The notes under the pieces were generated by a model. That model saw only the letters and a list, made by a program, of their open reading frames with translations. It made no database searches and had not been told where the DNA came from. This document shows positions 20,207 through 30,990 of a stretch of 64,000 nt of DNA, one piece after another. The stretch spans positions 521 to 64,520 of the forward strand of contig CAZEVD010000003.1 of NCBI GenBank assembly GCA_964515475.1. Direction: 5' to 3'. Every line of letters begins with the position of its first letter. Within the stretch, counting starts at the first letter, position 1. The translations under genes were made by a program, and so were the position numbers. Origin of the DNA: an uncultured Eubacteriales bacterium (lineage in GTDB: Bacteria; Bacillota; Clostridia; TANB77; UBA1234).

Positions 20207-22513
20207 ATGGCTTTATGCTCAGTATGTAAAAAGAATACTGCTGTAGTTTTTGTAAATAAAATCGTTGATAGCCAACCTCAACTTGAAGGATTATGTCTTA
20301 CATGTGCCAAAGAAAGAGGCATAAATCCACTTGCTTCAATGATGAAACAATATGGTGCTACTGAAGAAGATATTGCACATCTAAATGAAGAATTTAACGA
20401 AATCGTTTCTTCTTTATCTGCTGGAGAGGAACTTCCTGAAGATATAGCTGATGAATTTAAAAGCTTAGATAATCCTAATGCTTTTTCTTCAATGCTTTCA
20501 AACTTATTTCCTCATGCACAACATTCTGAATCTTCAGATAGCAATAAAGGTACAACTACAAGCACTAAAGGAAAGAAAAAAGACAAGAAAAAGAAAGTTC
20601 TTGAAACATATGGTGTTAATTTAACAACGCGTGCTAAAGAAGGAAAAATAGACAAACTAATTGGTAGAGATACAGAAGTTGAAAGAGTTACACAAATACT
20701 TAATCGTCGTAGCAAAAACAACCCCGTTCTTATCGGTGAACCTGGTGTTGGTAAAACTGCAATCGCTCAAGGTTTAGCTTTAAGAATTGCTAACCACGAT
20801 GTCCCAGCTAAACTTCTATCTTGCGAAATTTATCAATTAGATATGACTTCTATGGTTGCGGGAACACAATTTAGAGGACAATTTGAAGCTAGAATGAAAG
20901 CTTTAATTGATGAATGTAAAGAACTTGGAAATATTATTTTAGTAATTGACGAACTTCATAATATCGTTGGTGCTGGCGGCGATGTTGAGCATACAATGAA
21001 TGCAGCAAACATTTTAAAACCGGCCCTATCTTCTGGAGATATTCAAATTATTGGTACTACAACTTTAAAAGAATATAGAAAACATATTGAAAAAGATGCT
21101 GCTTTAGAAAGAAGATTCCAACCAGTTATCGTTGAAGAACCTTCTATCGCAGACACAATCGATATCATGATGGGCATTAAAGAATATTACGAAACATATC
21201 ATCATGTAAAAGTTTCAGACACATTAATCAAACAAATCGTTGTAATGTCTGAAAAATATATTCATGATCGTTTCTTGCCAGATAAAGCAATTGATATCTT
21301 AGATGAAGCTTGTTCGAAAGTAAATCTAACAAATAAAGTATTAGCACAATTACAATTATTGAAGGATGATTTAAAAGAGGTTCAAGAAGAAAAAACAGAA
21401 TTAGAAGAAATTACAAACGAAAACACTACACCAGATTATGAAAAAATTGCAAATCTTAAATCACGTGAAACTGCACTACTTAATCAAATTGCAGACATGT
21501 CACAAGGAAATAATATTGAATTAAATTTAACGATTGATGACGTTGCAAATGTAATTGAAAATTGGACTAAAATACCGGCTTCAAAAATTTCAGAAACTGA
21601 AGCTGAAAAATTATTAAACTTAGAAAAAAATCTTCATAAAAGAATTATCGGTCAAGATAAAGCTGTTACTGCTGTTGCAAATGCAATTAGAAGAAATCGT
21701 GCTGGACTTAGAAATAAAAAACGTCCACCTTCATTTATATTTGTTGGACCTACAGGCGTTGGTAAAACAGAACTTGCAAAAGCAATTGCTACAGAATTAT
21801 TTGGAAGCGAAGATTCAATAATTAGACTTGATATGTCTGAATACATGGAAAGTCATTCAGTATCAAAATTCATCGGTTCTCCTCCAGGATATGTTGGTTA
21901 TGATGATGCTGGACAATTAACTGAAAAAGTTAGAAGAAATCCATATTCATTAATATTACTTGATGAAATCGAAAAAGCACATTCAGACGTATTTAATATA
22001 TTACTTCAAATATTAGATGACGGAAGATTAACAGATGCTCAAGGTAGAATTGTAAACTTTGATAACACAATAATAATCATGACATCTAACGCTGGTTCAA
22101 ACTTAAATACAAACGGTATCGGATTCAACAAAGATTCAGAACCACTCGTAGAAGCAAGAGCTACGGATGCATTAAAATCTTCATTTAGACCTGAATTCTT
22201 AAATAGAGTTGATGAAACAATTGTGTTCCATTCTCTATCTAAAGAAGAATTACTACAAATCGTAGATTTAATGTTAAAAGAAATCACTGACGAATTAAGC
22301 GAAAGAAATATTCACATTACATTCTCTAATGAAGTAAAAGAATATATCCTAGAAAAAGGTTATGAAGCAAAATATGGCGCTCGCCCACTTCGTAGAGCAA
22401 TTCAAAAATATATTGAAAACGAACTTGCTGAATCATTACTAAGAAATGAATTATTACCAAATGATTCAATAATAATAAACTTAGAAAATGATAAAGTAGT
22501 TTTAAGCAGATAA
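20207..22513 (+). CDS. clpE: ATP-dependent Clp protease ATP-binding subunit ClpE (Zn-ribbon plus two AAA+ modules)
   Basis: N-terminal CxxC..CxxC zinc ribbon typical of ClpE. Two Walker A motifs (GEPGVGKTA, GPTGVGKTE). Clp N/C signature. 768 aa. Confidence 0.85.
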   Translation: MALCSVCKKNTAVVFVNKIVDSQPQLEGLCLTCAKERGINPLASMMKQYGATEEDIAHLNEEFNEIVSSLSAGEELPEDIADEFKSLDNPNAFSSMLSNLFPHAQHSESSDSNKGTTTSTKGKKKDKKKKVLETYGVNLTTRAKEGKIDKLIGRDTEVERVTQILNRRSKNNPVLIGEPGVGKTAIAQGLALRIANHDVPAKLLSCEIYQLDMTSMVAGTQFRGQFEARMKALIDECKELGNIILVIDELHNIVGAGGDVEHTMNAANILKPALSSGDIQIIGTTTLKEYRKHIEKDAALERRFQPVIVEEPSIADTIDIMMGIKEYYETYHHVKVSDTLIKQIVVMSEKYIHDRFLPDKAIDILDEACSKVNLTNKVLAQLQLLKDDLKEVQEEKTELEEITNENTTPDYEKIANLKSRETALLNQIADMSQGNNIELNLTIDDVANVIENWTKIPASKISETEAEKLLNLEKNLHKRIIGQDKAVTAVANAIRRNRAGLRNKKRPPSFIFVGPTGVGKTELAKAIATELFGSEDSIIRLDMSEYMESHSVSKFIGSPPGYVGYDDAGQLTEKVRRNPYSLILLDEIEKAHSDVFNILLQILDDGRLTDAQGRIVNFDNTIIIMTSNAGSNLNTNGIGFNKDSEPLVEARATDALKSSFRPEFLNRVDETIVFHSLSKEELLQIVDLMLKEITDELSERNIHITFSNEVKEYILEKGYEAKYGARPLRRAIQKYIENELAESLLRNELLPNDSIIINLENDKVVLSR

Positions 22514-22517
22514 TAAA

Positions 22518-22556
22518 AAGGGACAATCCATTGTGGAATGTCCCTTAAATTTTTCT
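22518..22556 (+). terminator. clpE terminator
   Basis: Hairpin AAGGGACA..TGTCCCTT followed by TTTTT. Confidence 0.7.
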
Positions 22557-22614
22557 ATAAACAGGGAAAATCCCCAAAAGCTTTCGACATTAAATAGCTT
22601 TGGGGATTGACACC

Positions 22615-22809
22615 TTACTTTTTGGTTCTGATCACGACACGGTAACCAGACTTACGGTACGGATCAAGTTCAACCACAGCAGGGTTCCATTTTGCATCAC
22701 GATCATAAACGCCATGCGCATCATCTACTGCAGCCTTTTTCTTCATCGCCTCTTCGTGAGTAAAGCCATGCTCATTATCCCAGTTCTTAGAAAAAACAGA
22801 TTCGTACAT
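22615..22809 (-). CDS. Small hypothetical protein (64 aa), elevated GC
   Basis: ATG at 22809 lies 6 nt after a GGAGGAA RBS. The track ORF is over-extended upstream. Upstream promoter TTGGAA-N17-TATAAT. Local GC well above the background. Confidence 0.55.
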   Translation of the reverse strand: MYESVFSKNWDNEHGFTHEEAMKKKAAVDDAHGVYDRDAKWNPAVVELDPYRKSGYRVVIRTKK

Positions 22810-23023
22810 ACTTAATTCCTCCATATAATAAATATATTGTTGATTGTTCTTGGTGCACTTCCGAAGGTAAATGCAAAAAATAAAAGTGCATACAATAATT
22901 ATACCATGTTTTACATAAATTTCCAACTATATGGAGCTTTTTATTTTTAAATAATACCATAAAATTCCAGTTGCAAATTACAAAAAAATAGACCTCTTTT
23001 TCAAAGAAGTCTATAAAAGCATA

Positions 23024-23581
23024 TTATTTTTTTACAGAAAATCCAAACTTACCTATGTGTTCTCCTATCTCATAATATTGACCGTGCGAATACGTTATAG
23101 GTTTTGCTTTTTCTAAGCAGAATTTACCTGTTTCATCAAAGTACTTCTCATCAGCATTTACTGCAACAACTTCTGCAATAAACATATGGTGAGAACCAAG
23201 TTCTTTTATTTCTTTTACTTTACATTCAATACTTATTGGCGCTTCTTTTATCATTGGGCAATTTACTATCGAAGCTTTTTCTTTAGTAAGATTAAGAGCT
23301 TCAAATTTATCTACATCTCTCCCACTTTTTACTCCAGCCCAATCAGTAGCATATGCTAAATCGTGTGTTGTTAGATTTATAACAAACTCACCTGTCGACT
23401 TTATAAGTTCATATGAATATCTCTCAGGCCTAATAGAGACATATGTCATTGCCGGATCAGTGCATATTGTTCCTGTCCATGCTATTGTTATAATATTTGA
23501 TTTATCCATATCTCCGCAGCTAACCATTACTGCTGGTAACGGATAAATCATCGTTCCTGGTTTCCAAACTTGTTTACTCAT
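23024..23581 (-). CDS. Flavin reductase-like domain protein (flavoredoxin family)
   Basis: PF01613-like pattern (short FMN-binding split-barrel fold, IAWTGT motif). 185 aa. Confidence 0.7.
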   Translation of the reverse strand: MSKQVWKPGTMIYPLPAVMVSCGDMDKSNIITIAWTGTICTDPAMTYVSIRPERYSYELIKSTGEFVINLTTHDLAYATDWAGVKSGRDVDKFEALNLTKEKASIVNCPMIKEAPISIECKVKEIKELGSHHMFIAEVVAVNADEKYFDETGKFCLEKAKPITYSHGQYYEIGEHIGKFGFSVKK

Positions 23582-23629
23582 TTATATATCTCTCTTTCTT
23601 TATTAGCATACTAATATTAAGTATACTTA

Positions 23630-24334
23630 TTATCTTTTTAATCTTCTTAACATTTCTTTTTGTTCTTTAGTTAATCTATATGATTCTATAGATTTTTGAA
23701 TACTTTTATTATGCGTCCAAACATCTAATTTAGATTCTTCTTTTAAAAACTTATATGTCATATCAAAATACTTAATTGCACAATATGATATAAGCCATGC
23801 ATTTGCCATTTTTACATAGTATTTATCTAGTTTTACTTTATTAATAATTTCAAATACTTCGTCAATATATTCATCAATTAGGAAATAATTCAAAATCATA
23901 ACTAATGTAAATCTAACCTCAAACTCCTCATTGGATTTTAAATATTTCTTAATCATTTCCCAAAGCTTTTCTAGATATTTCTTTGAAATTTTTAGTCCAC
24001 TACAAAAAGTATCACACAGTGCCCAATCAGTTATCTTAGGAACGTAATATAAAATATATCTTTCAAGTTGATCCCAAGACAAATCTTTTTTCAATGCTAT
24101 TAACATGCCTTTAAGCATAACTTCTTCATAATAGTTTTCGTTAATATTATCTAATAAATAATCTAATTCATATTCTTTTATTAAATCTTTAGCAAAATTT
24201 CTTAATACAGGAATCCTAATGCCGAGAGCTTCTTCACTTTCACCATTAGCAACTCCTGTACTTTTACTAAACTCTAAAAAATTTGCATCTGAAAATTCTA
24301 TCAATTGTTTTTCTACATTCTTAGCAAAATTCAT
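23630..24334 (-). CDS. DNA alkylation repair enzyme (AlkC/AlkD HEAT-like repeat family)
   Basis: Helical-repeat protein matching PF08713. Start at MNFAKN with a GAGGA RBS. Tightly coupled to the upstream GNAT gene. Confidence 0.7.
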   Translation of the reverse strand: MNFAKNVEKQLIEFSDANFLEFSKSTGVANGESEEALGIRIPVLRNFAKDLIKEYELDYLLDNINENYYEEVMLKGMLIALKKDLSWDQLERYILYYVPKITDWALCDTFCSGLKISKKYLEKLWEMIKKYLKSNEEFEVRFTLVMILNYFLIDEYIDEVFEIINKVKLDKYYVKMANAWLISYCAIKYFDMTYKFLKEESKLDVWTHNKSIQKSIESYRLTKEQKEMLRRLKR

Positions 24335-24335
24335 A

Positions 24336-24878
24336 TTACACATCCTCATTAATCAAGGAATACATATGCATATCATGGTAACCATCTATAAGTTTTACAT
24401 TAGCTTTCAAAATACCTTCGTGATTCATTCCTATTTTCTGCATTACTTTACTAGAAGGTATATTTTCAATACAACACCCTCCTTGAAATCTTTTTACTTT
24501 TAATTCTTTCATGCAAAATTCTTTAACACTCATAAGAGCTTCTGTCATATATCCATTATTAATATAACGGTTATCTATTGCATAATTAAATTCAACCGAA
24601 TCGTTATAATCATTTACCCTTAAATTTATAGCACCAATTATTGCGTTAGTATCTTTTAAAACAATGCACCATTTATAAACATTTTCTGACTTATATCGTT
24701 CTAATTGTCGCTTAATATATGCATCAACCTCTTCAAATGTCTTATATTCTTTATTCGCATAATATAAAAATTCATCTTGATTTATATATCCACCATATAA
24801 TTCATTAACATCTTTTTCTTCAAATCTTCTTAACAAAAGACGTTTAGTATCAAGTAGTACAGTTCCTTTATGATTCAT
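24336..24878 (-). CDS. GNAT-family N-acetyltransferase (RimJ/RimL-like)
   Basis: GNAT fold motifs. N-terminal KRLLLRRFEEKD typical of RimJ-like enzymes. 180 aa. Confidence 0.75.
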   Translation of the reverse strand: MNHKGTVLLDTKRLLLRRFEEKDVNELYGGYINQDEFLYYANKEYKTFEEVDAYIKRQLERYKSENVYKWCIVLKDTNAIIGAINLRVNDYNDSVEFNYAIDNRYINNGYMTEALMSVKEFCMKELKVKRFQGGCCIENIPSSKVMQKIGMNHEGILKANVKLIDGYHDMHMYSLINEDV

Positions 24879-24998
24879 AAACTCACTCCTTTCAAACTAA
24901 CACATTAGAATTATATCATATATTACCTAAATATACATTCACAAATTTTCATATTACCTAATATACTAAATTATAATTACCTTTTTAAGGAGGATTTT

Positions 24999-25475
24999 AT
25001 GCAAAATTCTATTTCTTGTAGTCTACCATCTATTGCATTAGCCGAAATACAAGGAAGTTCTGCTTATCCTAATATCAAAGGAACAGCTATTTTCAAAAAG
25101 AAAAATGATGGTCTAATAATAACTGTTGAAGTACTTGGATTGCCAACATCACAAGGAAATTGTAATAATAATATTTTCGCTCTTCATATTCATTCTGGAA
25201 ATTCTTGCACTGGTAATGCAAATGATCCATTTGTCAATGCTGGTGTACATTATAATCCATATAATTGTAAACATCCACAACACGCAGGCGATTTACCTCC
25301 ACTTTTTGAAAACAACGGCTACGCATACCTTTCTGTCTATACCACTCGACTTACCTTAGATGATGTTTTAAACAAAGTAATCATTATTCATGATAAACCA
25401 GATGATTTTACAACTCAACCAAGCGGAAACTCTGGAACAAAAATTGCTTGTGGAAAAATATTACCATTTAAATAA
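24999..25475 (+). CDS. sodC: Cu/Zn superoxide dismutase family protein
   Basis: Metal-ligand and signature pattern HIHxxGxC, GVHYNP, HAGDLP, ending in ACGKI. 158 aa. Confidence 0.8.
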   Translation: MQNSISCSLPSIALAEIQGSSAYPNIKGTAIFKKKNDGLIITVEVLGLPTSQGNCNNNIFALHIHSGNSCTGNANDPFVNAGVHYNPYNCKHPQHAGDLPPLFENNGYAYLSVYTTRLTLDDVLNKVIIIHDKPDDFTTQPSGNSGTKIACGKILPFK

Positions 25476-25488
25476 TTACTATTTTATA

Positions 25489-25517
25489 AAAAAGACTGCT
25501 TAAAAACAGTCTTTTTT
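25489..25517. terminator. Bidirectional terminator between sodC and the DUF47 gene
   Basis: Hairpin AAGACTGCTT..AAACAGTCTT flanked by A5 and T6. Confidence 0.7.
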
Positions 25518-25525
25518 ATGATTTA

Positions 25526-26149
25526 TTAAGCATTCTTTAATAACACTTCTTCTACGCACTCTGCAATATTTTCACATGCGTCAAAACAATTTTCTATTCC
25601 CTCATACATGTTTGAATATTTAATAAGTTGTATTGCGTCTGTTTCCGTTTTATATAATTCTCTTACTGAATTTTCATATAGCTTGTCTGCTTGTTCTTCT
25701 ATCTTGTTCACTTCAACAACTTTTGCTTTTATATCAGCACTTGCTTTTAAGTTTTTCATAACTATTATTAATTGATGTACTAATTCAACGCATCTTTCTA
25801 GTAAAGTTATTCCTGCTTTCATATTTTGTTTAATCTCTGTTATTACAAATATATCAATATTAATTACGATTTCATCGATAGCATCAACCAAATCATCTAT
25901 TCTATGAGATATTGCAACTATATCTTCTCTATCTATTGGTGGCAAAAAATCTTTTAGTAAATAAGTTTTTGTTTCATGTAATATGCTATCTGCCTTATTT
26001 TCAATTTCATGTATCTTATTTTTTTCTGTTTCCGAACTTTCACTATTAAATTCTTCTATGTATTTTTTTAATTCTTTTACAGCAATTTCTGCTAATGCAG
26101 CAGCTTTTTCAAACTGTGCATAATAATCAAACTCGTTTTTCTTTTTCAT
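25526..26149 (-). CDS. DUF47/PhoU-like phosphate-transport regulator family protein
   Basis: Coiled helical protein of the type found paired with PiT transporters. 207 aa. Directly downstream of the PiT gene. Confidence 0.7.
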   Translation of the reverse strand: MKKKNEFDYYAQFEKAAALAEIAVKELKKYIEEFNSESSETEKNKIHEIENKADSILHETKTYLLKDFLPPIDREDIVAISHRIDDLVDAIDEIVINIDIFVITEIKQNMKAGITLLERCVELVHQLIIVMKNLKASADIKAKVVEVNKIEEQADKLYENSVRELYKTETDAIQLIKYSNMYEGIENCFDACENIAECVEEVLLKNA

Positions 26150-26164
26150 ACTATTCTCCCTTTA

Positions 26165-27217
26165 TTAAAATATTTTCATAAACAAATATGTCGATAAAAC
26201 ACCTAACAATCCGCATCCTGGGAAAGTTAATACCCAAGCTAAAAGCATTTCTTTTACAACTTTCCAATTTACGTTTTTCAATCGTTTAGCAGAACCAACA
26301 CCCATTATTGCAGTTGTTTTTGTATGTGTGGTACTTACTGGTATTCCAAACATCGTTGATAAGAATAAACAAATCGCACCAGCAATATCTGCTGCGCAAC
26401 CTTCATAAGGTTCCATTTTTACCATTCCAGAACCTACAGTTTTAATTATCCTATATCCACCAATCGAAGTGCCCAACGTCATAACTGCCGAACATAATAT
26501 TATTAGCCACATTGGAATAACAAAATCAGTAATTCCCATATTACCATTTGCTAAACATATTCCTAACAAAAATATTCCCATGAACTTTTGTCCATCTTGT
26601 GCACCATGCATAAACGCCATTGCTGCACCGCCGAAAACTTGTGTTTTCTTAAAGAAACTATTAGCTTTTTGTCTGTGTACATTTTTAAAGACTTTTCTAA
26701 TTAATTTCGTTACTAAAAAACCAAAACTAAAACCTAATACTGTTGATATTACTAACCCATAAATTACTTTTATCCATTCAGCACCATTTATTCCAGCAAA
26801 ACCTTTTTGAATTGCTATAGCTGCACCCGAAATGCCCGCAATTAAAGCATGGCTTTCACTTGTTGGTATTCCAAAATACCAAGCAGCAACAGCCCAAACA
26901 ACTATAGATACCATAGCCGCAGCCAAAGCAATCAAAGCTTGTTCAGCATTATTTCCAAAATCAACCATGTTGTATATTGTTTGCACAACTGTAGCGTTAA
27001 ACATTGTCATAATAAAAACACCAAGGAAATTAAAAATCGCTGCCATTATTATCGATTTCTTTGGCGACAAAGACCTTGTTGAAACACATGTTGCAATAGC
27101 ATTTGGCGCATCTGTCCAACCATTTACAAGTATTACCCCCAAAGTAAGCACTGTTATTATTGCAAGTGCTGGATTAGTAATAAGTTGTCCTATAAAATTT
27201 ACAAATGTAATCTCCAT
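26165..27217 (-). CDS. PiT-family inorganic phosphate transporter
   Basis: Polytopic membrane protein with a duplicated PiT signature (NGWTDAPNAIAT and a second GAQDGQK motif). 350 aa. Confidence 0.8.
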   Translation of the reverse strand: MEITFVNFIGQLITNPALAIITVLTLGVILVNGWTDAPNAIATCVSTRSLSPKKSIIMAAIFNFLGVFIMTMFNATVVQTIYNMVDFGNNAEQALIALAAAMVSIVVWAVAAWYFGIPTSESHALIAGISGAAIAIQKGFAGINGAEWIKVIYGLVISTVLGFSFGFLVTKLIRKVFKNVHRQKANSFFKKTQVFGGAAMAFMHGAQDGQKFMGIFLLGICLANGNMGITDFVIPMWLIILCSAVMTLGTSIGGYRIIKTVGSGMVKMEPYEGCAADIAGAICLFLSTMFGIPVSTTHTKTTAIMGVGSAKRLKNVNWKVVKEMLLAWVLTFPGCGLLGVLSTYLFMKIF

Positions 27218-27283
27218 ATGATCCTCCTTATATATTTACATACAAATTGTATCATAAAAGATTATTTAATACCATTATTGCGT

Positions 27284-27916
27284 TTAAGAAGTATAATTTT
27301 CTTTCCACTTTTCTAAAGCTTCTTTTCCATATAATTTCACACCATTATTTAAGGCTTCTTTATCTTCTTCCGTCAACAGATTTACATTTATATCTATTTT
27401 TTCTATCAAATTACTTTTATATTCTGTTAATTCTTTATACACCAATATTTCACCATCGTGCTCTTTTATAACATAGTGATCCTCACAGTTAGCATCAATT
27501 TCACGAGATAATATAATTTTGTCTTCCGAAAACTCTTCTATATTCCAACCACTATACTTTTCTTGCAATTCTTCTTTGGTAAAATTAATAATTTCGCTAG
27601 GCACATCTACAATATTTTCGGATAAATGAGCACATTTTTTGTATTTTTTCTTTATTACCAGTTTTGCGTAAGGTGATATTTTTATTTCAGTTAACGAAAC
27701 TTGAACCATATCATTATCTAGCTTTTCAGAAAACTCTTCTTGGACTTTTCCAATAACAATATCTTGTATATTTCTTACCTCCCCAGTTTTAGCTTCATTC
27801 ACTTTTTCTATGGTTACATTAGCATTTGGATTATATTTTACACCTGCAAATAATCCTACTGAAACCCCTGCAATTAAAGTAATCATCATAAAAAAATATT
27901 CCCATACTCTAGACAT
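27284..27916 (-). CDS. Membrane-anchored hypothetical protein (possibly BofC-like)
   Basis: N-terminal TM segment and a hydrophilic body. The BofC assignment is weak and based only on pattern. Confidence 0.4.
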   Translation of the reverse strand: MSRVWEYFFMMITLIAGVSVGLFAGVKYNPNANVTIEKVNEAKTGEVRNIQDIVIGKVQEEFSEKLDNDMVQVSLTEIKISPYAKLVIKKKYKKCAHLSENIVDVPSEIINFTKEELQEKYSGWNIEEFSEDKIILSREIDANCEDHYVIKEHDGEILVYKELTEYKSNLIEKIDINVNLLTEEDKEALNNGVKLYGKEALEKWKENYTS

Positions 27917-27972
27917 AAAACATTCCTCCTTGATAACCTTATTATTTCTAGTTTTGGAAATCTTATACTTTA

Positions 27973-30277
27973 TTATTTCAGGTATGTTTTTACTTTAATT
28001 TTTCCTTTTCGGTAGATATAAAAATTTATTTCACCAGAATCCTTTGTCATAAAAACATTTGAATATTTTTTTAATCTTTCAACTACATTTCTATTAGGAT
28101 GTCCATATAAATTATTTTCCGAAACACTTATTATTGATATCTTTGGATTGACTTTTTCTAAAAATTCATTAGTACTAGATGTATTAGAACCATGATGTGC
28201 TACTTTCAAAATATCTGCGGATATATCAAAATCAATTTGTTTTTCAACACCTTCTTCCAAATCTCCTGTAAAAAGTATTTTTGCGCCATTGACATTCGCT
28301 CTAATTAATAATGATAAATTATTTTCATTTATTTCTTTTGAATCTAATTTTGGACATAAAACTTCAAAGTTTATATCATCTATTTTTATTTCATCGCCAG
28401 CTTGAACTTGTATGATTGAAATATTTTTAGCTTTGCACAATGCTTTCAGTTTATTTATGTATTCATTGTTTTCGGTATATGGTCCAATAATGATTCTCTT
28501 TACCTTTAAATGTTCAATAACGCTATATATTCCTTCAATATGATCTGCATGAGCATGAGAAATGAAAACTGTATCAATGTTTAAAATCCACCTATCTAAA
28601 AAATATGGTATCAAAACACTTGCTCCAACATCATATTCGCTTGTTTCACTACCGCCACCATCGATCAAAATATTTTTTCCATTTGAAGTCCTTATAAGAA
28701 AAGAATCTCCTTGTCCAACATCAATTGCAGTTACTTCGACAAACCTTTTGGGAAGTGATATGAAAATCAAATAAAAAATTAATGCACCAACTAATAATAA
28801 GTATACTAACTTTTTTATATGTTCTAATCTTTTTATTTCATAATCATAAATTGCATTTATATTTTTGTTATTTTCTTTATAATGTAATTTTCTAAACTCA
28901 ATATATACAATCACATAATAAAAAACTATCATCCACCATTTTGGTGTTGGAACATTTATGTTTAGCACGTCAAAAAGCGTACAAAACTCAGACATTTTAA
29001 ATATATAGTTAATTATCAATTCCGGTATATAAGCTAAAATCTTTGAAAATTTTATAGAAAATAATGAAATACAAAAAACTATAAGTCCAATTAAAGTTAT
29101 GTACTCCGTTACTGGAACAATTAATAAATTTGAAAGAATAGATATTAAGGAAATGTTATTGAAATAATACGCAAGTACTGGCAACAACATTATTTGAGCG
29201 GCTATAGTTAATGACAATGTTTCCTTTATTATTTTTATTCGAATAAAAACGCCCAATATTTGTTTTATTGGATTCGAAAGAAAAACTATACCAATAGTTC
29301 CAAATACAGATAAAATAAGTCCAATATTTTCAATACTGATTGGATTTAAGATAAGAATTAAGAATAAAGATAAAGAAAGATTTAATAAACTATTAGGTTT
29401 CTTTAGAAATAAATTTAAAATTATATTGGTTATTGCCATAATAGAAGCTCTTACTACAGAAGCTGAACCTCCCGCAATAAAAGTAAAAAATATTATAAAA
29501 GAAATAGAAAAATAAAAATCAAATTTTCGTCCAACAAAGCGAGAAAAAATGTAATTTGAAATACTAATTACAAGCATAACGTTTGCACCGTGAAACTGCT
29601 AACAAATGCGTTATGCCAATCTTTTGAAAGTTTTCTTTTATTTTAAAAGATATGTCGTTAGTTTCACCAATTAGCATTCCATTTAATATACCAGCCGTTT
29701 CTTTCGAAAATATTTTTAACATATTTTCTCTAATTTTGTTTTGTACCACATAAACTAAATTTTCTGAAGTTAAGGATACAACTTCAACTTTTTTCGCTTT
29801 GATTGTCCCGTATATGTTATTTGAATATAAATACATTCTGTAATCAAATCCACCTTTATTTCTAGCTGTTTCTGGCATTTTAAAACCGCCTACTATATTT
29901 AATTTATCTCCAATTTTATAAATATTTTCAGGTTTTAATTTTAAATATAATATAAATTTGTCTTTAGAGTCATTTTTTACTTTGTATTTATAATAATACC
30001 CATCTGATGATACCTCCTCATGCGTTAATATTGTTATAGAAGTTTTAATCTCGCCCTCATCATATTTGTGTTGCATATAATCAAGTTTTTGTCTAGAATA
30101 AATTGCTCCTATAAAACAAACAATGCAAAGAAATGAAATAATATTCTTCTTATTTTCAAAAAATATATGCGTACTTATTGATAAAAAAATAAGGACTAAA
30201 ATCAAGAATTTTAGTTCTTGATATAGTCCCCATTTAATACCAAATATATACGCTAATGTTATCGTTAATATTGACAC
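27973..30277 (-). pseudogene. comEC: DNA internalization competence protein ComEC/Rec2, interrupted by a +1 frameshift near 29588-29590
   Basis: The N-terminal DUF4131/competence domain sits in ORF 29564-30277. The membrane region and C-terminal metallo-beta-lactamase domain (AIDVGQGDS, HAHADH) sit in ORF 27973-29577. Deleting the C of the in-frame CGG restores HLLAVSGANVMLVIS. Confidence 0.8.
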
Positions 30278-30292
30278 ACTAGCCCTCCATAT

Positions 30293-30967
30293 TTATTTTA
30301 CGTAATCTGCAGAAACCCAACCAGTTACTCCATTTACAGTTATTTTGTACCATCCACTTGCTGAATCCTCGATAGTTACTGTTACCCCTTTATCAACTTT
30401 TGTAAGAATTGTAGCTGATGTGTTTGGATTTAGTCTAACATTTAAATAAGGTTCTGCTGTTACAACACCAGTCTTTGTATTTGTAGATGTTGTTAAGTTA
30501 GAATTATCCGGATAAGATACATTAGTTGTTTTAGTCCAACCAGAAATTTTTATTCCACTTGCATCGTTTCCTGTAACTCTTGACCAGCCTTGTTCAAATT
30601 TTTGAGCAGTAACCGTTGTATATTTCTCAAGTTTTCCTACAATTTCAGATGTTTCATTTGACTCAGAATAAATATTTGTAACAGCCGCCGAGATTGTTGC
30701 ATCTTCATATATTTTGCTTATTGGATCTCCTAATTTATTTTCAAAAGATTCTCCACCCATTTGAAGAATTTCACCAGACTCTTCGCTTTCACCAGACTCT
30801 GTATCAACATAAGGATCACTGATATCTACAATTATACTGTTACCTTCATTTTCTGAATCTTTATTTTCATCAGTATCATCACTCCAAATATTTCTAAGTA
30901 CTATTGTGCAGACAACAATTGGCACCACAAAAATAGCTATTAAAAAGAATTTTTCTAATCCCTTCAT
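30293..30967 (-). CDS. Membrane-anchored SH3b (bacterial SH3) domain protein
   Basis: N-terminal TM segment, acidic linker, and two SH3_3-like repeats (for example YLNVRLNPNTSATILTKVDKGVTVTIEDSASGWYKITVNGVTGWVSADYV). Confidence 0.7.
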   Translation of the reverse strand: MKGLEKFFLIAIFVVPIVVCTIVLRNIWSDDTDENKDSENEGNSIIVDISDPYVDTESGESEESGEILQMGGESFENKLGDPISKIYEDATISAAVTNIYSESNETSEIVGKLEKYTTVTAQKFEQGWSRVTGNDASGIKISGWTKTTNVSYPDNSNLTTSTNTKTGVVTAEPYLNVRLNPNTSATILTKVDKGVTVTIEDSASGWYKITVNGVTGWVSADYVK

Positions 30968-30990
30968 AAGACAATACCTCCATTTATATA

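Noticed and set aside
27284-27916. Confident BofC (sigma-K checkpoint) assignment for the 210-aa membrane-anchored protein
   Set aside because: I found only a vague pattern resemblance and no diagnostic motif I can verify by eye. It is reported as a hypothetical protein.
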